Of a stretch of 5,997 nucleotides of DNA, positions 1-5,870 are shown piece after piece. The notes under the pieces are model-generated. The model made no database searches and was not told the DNA's origin. It was given only the letters and a program-made list of their open reading frames with translations. Origin of the DNA: a virus; the UHGV virus genome UHGV-0191189, one strand, 5' to 3'. Each line of letters opens with the position of its first letter. The first letter of the stretch is position 1. The position numbers and the translations under genes were made by a program.

Positions 1-252
1 ATGACAAATAAAGAATGCAAAATCAAAAATCTACGCCAAAGCTGGGGCGAGCTCCTCCTAGAAAAAGAATCCATGATCAAAAAAATCTGGGACATCGAAT
101 ACAAAATAAACTCAATCAAAGAAAATCTATTACGTTATGGAATATCTACAGAAATTTCTGAGCTGGGCAGCAACGAAACCGACATGGGCAAAGGTAATCA
201 TCTCGATAATTGTTCTACTCATGACGGTAGTACTCCTGTTCACGAGCTGTAG
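1..252 (+). CDS. Hypothetical protein, 83 aa; N-terminal ~45 aa predicted helical/coiled-coil
   Basis: ATG at 1 overlaps the stop of the junction-spanning ORF (TAA 9-11). LLLEKESMIKKIWDIEYKINSIKENLLRY shows a heptad-like pattern. The 3' half overlaps ORF 137-352 in another frame. Confidence 0.55.
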   Translation: MTNKECKIKNLRQSWGELLLEKESMIKKIWDIEYKINSIKENLLRYGISTEISELGSNETDMGKGNHLDNCSTHDGSTPVHEL

Positions 253-352
253 CGCAAGCCACTATGTGGCACAGAGCGTAAGCAGCTACGCAAAAGGCGA
301 CACAACAACAACAATCATCAAATACGAACAAGTAGGAAACATCCGAAAGTAA
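137..352 (+). CDS. Small membrane protein / predicted lipoprotein (71 aa)
   Basis: The basic stretch KPTWAK is followed by the hydrophobic segment VIISIIVLLMTVVLL and a lipobox-like FTS-C (Cys38, TGT 248-250). Stop TAA 350-352 overlaps the next ATG (TAATG coupling). Confidence 0.75.
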   Translation: MEYLQKFLSWAATKPTWAKVIISIIVLLMTVVLLFTSCSASHYVAQSVSSYAKGDTTTTIIKYEQVGNIRK

Positions 353-555
353 TGAAAACAAAAAAATACCTCCCAGTAACCTACGTAGACGAAGACGGGG
401 TGGTATGGACAAAAGAACAATTAACCAATAAAATTTACAAAAGCTATGGCGCAGAAAAATTCGAACAAAAAGAATCCTATGGAACCTATGTACACACAAT
501 CCGAAGAATCGGGAAAATTCAGGAAGCTCCTAAACAACTCGGACTCTTCGAATGA
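352..555 (+). CDS. Hypothetical protein (67 aa) with C-terminal QLGLF sliding-clamp-type motif
   Basis: Translationally coupled start (TAATG 350-354). The C-terminus is ...EAPKQLGLFE*, with QLGLF encoded at 535-549. Confidence 0.7.
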   Translation: MKTKKYLPVTYVDEDGVVWTKEQLTNKIYKSYGAEKFEQKESYGTYVHTIRRIGKIQEAPKQLGLFE

Positions 556-805
556 AGAAGAAAAAATAGAAAAAGTTGAAAACTTCGACTGGGCGCCACT
601 CAAGCACGGGCCATTCTACGCAGTCGGAATGCAAGGACAAGGGTACACCCTAGTATTGGCCGGGCAAGCAGTAAGCTCGGAAAAATATAAAACAATCGCA
701 GCGGCGCAAAAAGCAGTAGACGAAAAAGGGTGGGACCTCATATTCATAGCTACGGCAGTATACCGCGACGCATGGGAAACACAAAACAAACCGAAAAAAA
801 AGTAA
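446..805 (+). CDS. Hypothetical protein immediately upstream of VP1 (start could be 446, 479 or 488)
   Basis: Fills the gap before VP1 and stops 9 nt before its ATG. The C-terminal part looks globular (GPFYAVG...GYTLVLAGQAVSSEKYKT...GWDLIFIATAVY). It resembles, from memory only, small ORFs found before VP1 in Bacteroidota microviruses. The polar low-complexity N-terminus overlaps ORF 352-555. Confidence 0.72.
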   Translation: MAQKNSNKKNPMEPMYTQSEESGKFRKLLNNSDSSNEEEKIEKVENFDWAPLKHGPFYAVGMQGQGYTLVLAGQAVSSEKYKTIAAAQKAVDEKGWDLIFIATAVYRDAWETQNKPKKK

Positions 806-814
806 AAAAAAATC

Positions 815-2815
815 ATGGCAATCACTAAAGCACTCGGAGGGGAAAGACTCGGCTCCGGAAACAAAATGAATGTAAAGCTGCACGGTTTCAACCGAAGCAG
901 CCACAATATCGGACAGTTGTTTAAGACTGATCAAGCAATCGGTACACTGGTGCCGTACTTCTGCGACATCGGCCTGAACGGAACAACGTACAACATCGAT
1001 CTGACCACGAAAATCAGAACGCTGCCGACGAACGGGCCGATCTTTGGACGGCTGAAACACCAAATCGACGTATTCCACGCGCCGATACGACTGTACATTC
1101 GAGTACTGCACAATAACGCGTTAGGAATCGGCATGAAGATGCAAAACGTCAAACTGCCGATAATGACGCTGAGAGCGAACCAGCCGGATATGACAAAGGA
1201 CGACCTAAACAGCCAGCAGATCAGCCAGGACAGCCTAATGGCATACACAGGAATCCGCGGCCTGGGCCGAGGCCAAGCGGGGATAACTTCGTTTGCAAGA
1301 ACATTTCCGGCAATGTTCATCCTCATGTACTGGGATACGTACAAAAACTACTATGCCAACAAGCAGGAGGAGGTAGGGTATGTAATCACAGGAAACTCGG
1401 CAGTATGGGAGGAAGTGACCATATTCGACGAAAAAGGAGCAGAACAACAATTATCAACCGGACCGGGATTCGAAGTTACCGGAACGTACACACTCAAAAG
1501 AGGATGGAGTATTCGATTCGTGGCAGGAGCAGGAACGGAAAAAAATTTAATAAACGCCGTAAAAAACACGCTTCTGATGAAAATCGAAAACGGAAACCGA
1601 ATCTACCAAAAAATGTACGGCCTAAGCTGGAAATTCGTACAGGTAAGCAACACAACAGTAGACGCAATCTACCAAGCAACACCAACCGAGGGATGGACAA
1701 TAACCGGAGGCGGAACAGGGGTAGGCATATTCGAATGGGCAAACGAAATGACCACCCTTTCAAAATTCGAACTGTCAAATATCGACGAAATGCGAGAAAT
1801 AATCCTCGCGGCGCCAAAAACATCGCCTTTCAATATCGGAAGCCTCAACAAGCTACCGTATAGCGCAAGTACCGCAGACGCAACCGTAAGAGAAACAAAC
1901 AAAAACGGAAACGCGTCGTGGTTTAATCAAGCAGGATTAGGCATCAAAACCTATCTGTCTGATCGATTCAACAACTGGCTGTCAACGGAGTGGATCGACG
2001 GCGCAGGAGGAATTGCAGAAATCTCCAGCGTAGACGTAAGCGACGGAATGTTGAAGATGGATGCGCTGATTCTCGCAAAGAAGATCTACGACATGATGAA
2101 CCGAATCGCGGTAAGCGACGGAAGCTATCAATCATGGCAGGAAGTAGTCTACGACGAAAAAGCACTCCGAATCGCAGAATCACCGATGTATGTCGGCGGA
2201 ATGTCGTCGGAAATAGTATTCGACGAAATAGTCAGCAACAGCGCAACAGAAGATCAACCGCTGGGAACACTGGCAGGCCGAGGAGCAGAACGAATGGCGC
2301 GAGGTGGAAACAGTATCAAAATCAAAATCCGAGAGCCGTCAATGATCATGGTAATTGGAAGCTTCACACCGCGCGTAGACTACTCACAAGGGAACAAGTG
2401 GTGGACACGACTGCAAACAATGAACGACTTCCACAAACCGAACTTGGACGGAATCGGATTCCAGGAACTGATTACCGACGAGATGGCCGCATTCGACACG
2501 GAGGTGAAAAGCGACGGAACGCTGATATACAAATCTGCCGGAAAACAGGTATCATGGCAGGAATACATGACCAACATAGACCAGTCATTCGGATCATTCT
2601 CGGCATATCGAGAACTGGCACACATGGCCATGAATCGGAGCTATGAACACGACAAAAGCGGAGCAATCAGCGATCTAACAACGTACATCGACCCAGCGAA
2701 ATTCAATGTAGCGTTCGCAGATGCGAAACTGTCGGCAAAGAATATCTGGGTGCAGTGCGCAATCGACTGTATCGTGCGCCGGAAAATGTCAGCAAAACAA
2801 ATTCCCAATCTGTAA
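815..2815 (+). CDS. VP1: Major capsid protein (Microviridae F/VP1 family), 666 aa
   Basis: N-terminal LGGERLGSGNKM...RSSHN...GTLVP; internal YWDTYKNYYANKQEE, TYLSDRFNNWL, RIAVSDGSYQSW, QPLGTLAGRG, PRVDYSQGN and HKPNLDGIGFQ; C-terminal RRKMSAKQIPNL. These blocks are typical of Bacteroidota microvirus capsids. Confidence 0.97.
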   Translation: MAITKALGGERLGSGNKMNVKLHGFNRSSHNIGQLFKTDQAIGTLVPYFCDIGLNGTTYNIDLTTKIRTLPTNGPIFGRLKHQIDVFHAPIRLYIRVLHNNALGIGMKMQNVKLPIMTLRANQPDMTKDDLNSQQISQDSLMAYTGIRGLGRGQAGITSFARTFPAMFILMYWDTYKNYYANKQEEVGYVITGNSAVWEEVTIFDEKGAEQQLSTGPGFEVTGTYTLKRGWSIRFVAGAGTEKNLINAVKNTLLMKIENGNRIYQKMYGLSWKFVQVSNTTVDAIYQATPTEGWTITGGGTGVGIFEWANEMTTLSKFELSNIDEMREIILAAPKTSPFNIGSLNKLPYSASTADATVRETNKNGNASWFNQAGLGIKTYLSDRFNNWLSTEWIDGAGGIAEISSVDVSDGMLKMDALILAKKIYDMMNRIAVSDGSYQSWQEVVYDEKALRIAESPMYVGGMSSEIVFDEIVSNSATEDQPLGTLAGRGAERMARGGNSIKIKIREPSMIMVIGSFTPRVDYSQGNKWWTRLQTMNDFHKPNLDGIGFQELITDEMAAFDTEVKSDGTLIYKSAGKQVSWQEYMTNIDQSFGSFSAYRELAHMAMNRSYEHDKSGAISDLTTYIDPAKFNVAFADAKLSAKNIWVQCAIDCIVRRKMSAKQIPNL

Positions 2816-2819
2816 AACT

Positions 2820-3014
2820 ATGAACAAGGAAATCGCCGGAGGGCCGGTATACTCAAAAGAATTCAGCAGCCTAATGGAAAGGCTGAAAAACCGCGACACA
2901 GCAAAACAGATGTCCGATGAAGAACTACACGGCCTAAGAACAGCAATAGACGACGAAATGATACGCAGGGAGGTCGTAAGACATATTCAAATCCTCGCAA
3001 ATCAACTCAAATAA
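2820..3014 (+). CDS. Hypothetical helical protein, 64 aa (MNKEIAGG...ILANQLK)
   Basis: The ATG lies 4 nt after the VP1 stop with an A-rich leader (AAAACT-ATG). The sequence has an amphipathic helical pattern and a hairpin follows the stop. This start is preferred over the ORF-track start at 2721, which lies inside VP1. Confidence 0.7.
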   Translation: MNKEIAGGPVYSKEFSSLMERLKNRDTAKQMSDEELHGLRTAIDDEMIRREVVRHIQILANQLK

Positions 3015-3016
3015 CC

Positions 3017-3040
3017 AAGGTGAGGGGAGACCCTCACTTT
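3017..3040 (+). terminator. GNRA-loop hairpin, probable weak intrinsic terminator
   Basis: GTGAGGG (3020-3026), GAGA loop, CCCTCAC (3031-3037), extendable by AAG/TTT. It begins just after stop 3014 and has only a short T run. Confidence 0.55.
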
Positions 3041-3069
3041 GATATAAAAACGCTTAAAATCGCCTAAAA

Positions 3070-3405
3070 ATGTACAAAGAATGGATTTGCCGAGCAACAC
3101 ACGGCATCAAAAAGAACGACAGCTACGAAGCCGAGCCGCTGGAAGTGAAACTGCGGAGGGCAACTGAAGAAAAGGAGCCGATCGAGGCAGTTGCGCCGAT
3201 GATCTACACAGAAAAAAGCAAAGGAGTAATTCCAGAATACGACATCCGGACAGACAGATTCGAAATAGCGCAAAAAGCAATGGAGAAACTCAACAGCGTG
3301 AAATTCTCAGACACAGCCAAGAACGAAGCAATACCGGGGGCGGAAAATATTCCGGAGCAGAGCGGACGAGAAGCAGGAGAAATCCCCAGTGGGGACCCCT
3401 CTTGA
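3070..3405 (+). CDS. Conserved microvirus protein, putative internal scaffolding protein (VP3-like), 111 aa
   Basis: The block EPLEVKLRR..EEKEPI...APMIYTEK..GVIPEYDIRTDRFEIA..AMEK matches, from memory, the conserved gene between VP1 and VP2 in Alpavirinae-like genomes. The tail is acidic and low-complexity. The scaffolding role is inferred. Confidence 0.8.
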   Translation: MYKEWICRATHGIKKNDSYEAEPLEVKLRRATEEKEPIEAVAPMIYTEKSKGVIPEYDIRTDRFEIAQKAMEKLNSVKFSDTAKNEAIPGAENIPEQSGREAGEIPSGDPS

Positions 3406-3446
3406 CGGAGCAGCCGTAATAATCGCACCCAAGACGAACTTTTGAT

Positions 3447-3472
3447 AGGTCGGGTTAAAATCCGACCTTTTT
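3447..3472 (+). terminator. Rho-independent terminator
   Basis: AGGTCGG (3447-3453) pairs with CCGACCT (3462-3468), with extra G-U and U-A pairs inside, and runs into TTTTT (3468-3472). It lies about 40 nt after the VP3-like stop. Confidence 0.75.
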
Positions 3473-3496
3473 AACAAAATCGTTTTTGGTGAACGA

Positions 3497-3523
3497 TCAT
3501 ACTATTATAACAAGAAGGTATGA
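3497..3523 (-). other. Candidate rolling-circle nick-site hairpin (replication origin)
   Basis: Stem TCATAC (3497-3502) / GTATGA (3518-3523). The loop reads CTTCTTGTTATAATA on the minus strand, partly resembling the phiX174 origin CAACTTG^ATATTAATAAC. Confidence 0.4.
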
Positions 3524-3573
3524 AAGAATTTTTTACAAAAAAATCGCGAAAAAAATCAAACAAATTGAACAAT

Positions 3574-4677
3574 ATGGGACTTTTCGGAGATTTACTTAAG
3601 AGCGGGATGAGCGCCACAGCAGACGGATTGACCGGAGGGTTAGCATCTGGAATTTCCGGAGCAGTAAGCGGATTATTCGGCGGAATCGGAGCAGGCAAGA
3701 GAGCGAGGAGACAACTAAAAATGCAAAAAGAACTAAACGAACAGGCAGCAAGACTCAACTATGAATACGGAGAAAAAGCCGCAGAAAACGCGTATCAACG
3801 ACAAATGCAAATGTATGAAAGATCCTACCAAGACCAAAGCTACTCGGCAATGCGGCAACAAATGGAGAATGCGGGATTATCTGTGGGCCTTATGTATGGA
3901 GGCGGCGGCTCTGGCGGTGCTGGGGGCGCTACTACCGGCGCTCCACAAGGAGAGACCGGGGGTGCTGAAGCAGGACGTGCAGACAGTCCGGCAGCTCAAC
4001 AGGCAGCAGCTATCCAGCAGGCACAACTAGGGCTAGGGCTCGTATCAATGAAGAAAGACCTGGCATTAAAAGATGCGCAAATAGAGGAGATCAACGCGAC
4101 CGCCGAAGCAAAACGAGCCGAAGCGGGGTTAACGACCGAAAAGAAAGTCACCGAAATGCAACAACGCGAAAAATTCCTAAAAAAACTTGACGAAGAAAAC
4201 TTAAAAACATGGCTGGAAAACCAAATCACAATATTCAAGACAAAATTTAACGACGATAATTTCAGCGGATTCATATCGACAGGACCAGACGGAAACAACT
4301 ATGAATTCAGTAAAAATTCATTCCTTGGCGAAGAACTAGCAGCAGAAATTGCAAAAAAATGGGCAGAAGCTGGAGAAGCAAGCGGAAACGAAGAATCCGC
4401 AAGAGCAATGGCGAAACTCAACAACGAAAAAACAGAGGGCTACTGGATGGAATTACTAAATGCATCAATACATGCAGACGCCCATGCAATGGAAGCAGCA
4501 GCAAGAAAGCTTGCAGCAGAACACGAAACCGGAGAATATGCCAATTGGAAAACATGGGTAGACATCGGAGCAGACATCACAAGCGAAATTGCAAAAATTC
4601 TACTATTCAGAAAATTCGGCGGAAAAACAGGAATCAAAAAAATAAAACCTGGCAGCCGAGGATTGGTTAACAAATAG
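3574..4677 (+). CDS. VP2: DNA pilot protein (H/VP2-like)
   Basis: Gly/Ala/Ser-rich hydrophobic N-terminus (GLTGGLASGISGAVSGLFGGIG), Q/E-rich coiled coil, the motif AMRQQMENAGLSVGLMYGGGG (AGLNP-type), then long helical segments. ATG 3574 is preferred over 3520 because the latter lies in the intergenic hairpins and adds an A-tract-derived extension. Confidence 0.9.
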   Translation: MGLFGDLLKSGMSATADGLTGGLASGISGAVSGLFGGIGAGKRARRQLKMQKELNEQAARLNYEYGEKAAENAYQRQMQMYERSYQDQSYSAMRQQMENAGLSVGLMYGGGGSGGAGGATTGAPQGETGGAEAGRADSPAAQQAAAIQQAQLGLGLVSMKKDLALKDAQIEEINATAEAKRAEAGLTTEKKVTEMQQREKFLKKLDEENLKTWLENQITIFKTKFNDDNFSGFISTGPDGNNYEFSKNSFLGEELAAEIAKKWAEAGEASGNEESARAMAKLNNEKTEGYWMELLNASIHADAHAMEAAARKLAAEHETGEYANWKTWVDIGADITSEIAKILLFRKFGGKTGIKKIKPGSRGLVNK

Positions 4678-4681
4678 ACAA

Positions 4682-4715
4682 GCGCGCGCGCACGTGTCAG
4701 ACACACGCACACGCG
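4682..4715. repeat. Alternating purine-pyrimidine tracts including a (GC)5 palindrome
   Basis: GCGCGCGCGCACGTGT (4682-4697) and ACACACGCACACGCG (4701-4715) lie just after the VP2 stop. Confidence 0.85.
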
Positions 4716-4749
4716 AAACACATATCAACCAAAAAAAGTATTTACGGGC

Positions 4750-4774
4750 GGAGCAAGGGAAACCTTGCTCCTTT
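4750..4774 (+). terminator. Perfect 9-bp hairpin with GAAA tetraloop; possible terminator or attenuator between VP2 and VP4
   Basis: GGAGCAAGG (4750-4758), GAAA, CCTTGCTCC (4763-4771), then TTT. The short U-tract makes the terminator role uncertain. Confidence 0.55.
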
Positions 4775-4862
4775 CGTCCTCCGCTTCGCTCTGGACTTCG
4801 GGCGCTAGTCGCTACCTGCGGTGCCGGGTTCGATAGCTAGGATTGCCTCAAAGTCATCAACC

Positions 4863-5801
4863 ATGTGTCTGTATAGCAGAATCGGAATGAATCCAAAATA
4901 TCTACCAAACAAAAAGAACGGCGGATTCGTACCGGAAGCACCGGATAAACGCGTTAAAGGCGTACCTTTTGGATGCGGAAAATGTATAGAATGCCGCCAA
5001 AAAAAGGCTCGCGAATGGCAAGTAAGGCTACACGAAGAACTAAAAGACAATCCGCAGGCATTCTTTATGACAATGACATTCAGCAATGAATCACTTGATA
5101 AATTAGAAAAAAAATGCAAAACAGAAGAACCGAACGAGATTGCGGCCCAAGCTATCAAGTTATTTGGGAAGCGCTGGATCAAGAAATACAAAAGCTCAAT
5201 CAAACATTGGCTCGTTACGGAGCTAGGCCACGGAAAAAGAGCAGAGAACCACAAAAGCACCGAAAGGCTACATTTACATGGTTTCCTGTGGACGACAAAG
5301 AGCGCCTCAGAAATCGAAAAGATATGGTCATATGGATGGGTGGATATTGGTGAATACGTAAACGACAAGTCAGTTGGATACTGCGTAAAATATGTAAGCA
5401 AAGTAGACCCAATACACCCGGGATTCATCAGCAAAGTATTTGCATCAAAAGGACTCGGAAAAGGCTGGCTGGAAAGATGCGATGCAAGACTGAACAAGTT
5501 CCAAGGAGAGGACACAAGGGAATATTACAAAGCACCATCGGGCCAAAAACTGGCTATACCAACATACTACAGAAATAAACTATGGACCGACGAAGAACGA
5601 GAACAACTATGGCTGCAAAAACTCAACAAACAAATACGATACGTCAGAGGTGAAAAAATCGACGTATCAACAACAGAGGGCGAACAAGAATATGCACGAG
5701 CAATAGAGTACAGACAAAAGGAAAACGTCGCACTAGGTTACCCAAACGAACCGTGGAATATAGAAAAATACAAAAAAAGTCGAAAAAAGTTTGGATTATA
5801 A
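4863..5801 (+). CDS. VP4: Rolling-circle replication initiator protein (HUH endonuclease, VP4/A-like)
   Basis: Starts MCLY...NPKYLPNKKNGG. Contains the Zn-binding motif CGKCIEC (4974-4994), RCR motif I FFMTMTF (5061-5081), motif II HLHG (5271-5282), motif III YCVKY (5379-5393) and the downstream SKGLG and P.YYRNKL blocks. Confidence 0.96.
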   Translation: MCLYSRIGMNPKYLPNKKNGGFVPEAPDKRVKGVPFGCGKCIECRQKKAREWQVRLHEELKDNPQAFFMTMTFSNESLDKLEKKCKTEEPNEIAAQAIKLFGKRWIKKYKSSIKHWLVTELGHGKRAENHKSTERLHLHGFLWTTKSASEIEKIWSYGWVDIGEYVNDKSVGYCVKYVSKVDPIHPGFISKVFASKGLGKGWLERCDARLNKFQGEDTREYYKAPSGQKLAIPTYYRNKLWTDEEREQLWLQKLNKQIRYVRGEKIDVSTTEGEQEYARAIEYRQKENVALGYPNEPWNIEKYKKSRKKFGL

Positions 5802-5820
5802 AGTTTTTTTACTATATTTG
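5790..5820 (+). promoter_or_regulatory. Bacteroidota primary-sigma promoter (-33 TTTG / -7 TAnnTTTG)
   Basis: TTTG 5790-5793, a 19-nt spacer, then TATATTTG 5813-5820. This matches the Bacteroides consensus and ends 50 nt upstream of ATG 5871. Confidence 0.75.
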
Positions 5821-5870
5821 TATTGACAATTAAAGTCGAGAAGGTATAACCAATTAAAAACCATACAATT

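Noticed and set aside
552..569. ATGA-coupled micro-ORF MKKKK*
   Set aside because: Five codons derived from an A-tract, with no evidence of function. A frameshift into the 446-805 frame is not needed because that frame has its own upstream ATGs.
1405..2646. Arg-rich + strand ORFs 1405-1863 and 1990-2646 inside VP1
   Set aside because: Their first codon positions are VP1 third positions, which are T-poor, so stop codons are rare. The R/N-rich composition is the expected shadow of the codon bias.
2721..2819. N-terminal extension of the 2721-3014 ORF
   Set aside because: It overlaps the conserved VP1 C-terminus. ATG 2820 directly after the VP1 stop is more plausible.
3036..3050. + strand ACTTTGATATAAAAA, and the similar ACTTTTGATA at 3438-3447, resembling the phiX174 origin
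   Set aside because: Both lack the exact CTTG^A core and abut terminator-like hairpins. They are kept only as alternative origin candidates.
3520..3573. Upstream ATG 3520 for VP2
   Set aside because: It lies within the intergenic hairpin and adds a poly-A-derived K/N extension. ATG 3574 gives the typical pilot-protein N-terminus.
3761..4030. Nested 89-aa ORF in VP2 with a hydrophobic stretch (LWALCMEAAALAVLGALLPAL), a superficially E-like overprinted lysis candidate
   Set aside because: The hydrophobic residues can be explained as the +1 reading of the Gly/Ala-rich linker codons, and there is no independent support. It would merit a revisit only if the frame stays open in relatives.
4821..4862. 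GTG 4821 start for VP4
   Set aside because: It lies in the structured GC-rich leader. ATG 4863 gives the MCLY N-terminus typical of this Rep family, with A at -3.
4359..5353. Nested + strand ORFs 4359-4670 (in VP2) and 5114-5353 (in VP4)
   Set aside because: Same shadow-frame effect, with no recognisable motif or membrane segment.
5771..5790. Short direct repeat AAAAAAGT x2 at the end of VP4
   Set aside because: Low-complexity Lys codons. It is not a CRISPR or iteron array, and no CRISPR, tRNA or rRNA signal was seen anywhere in the window.
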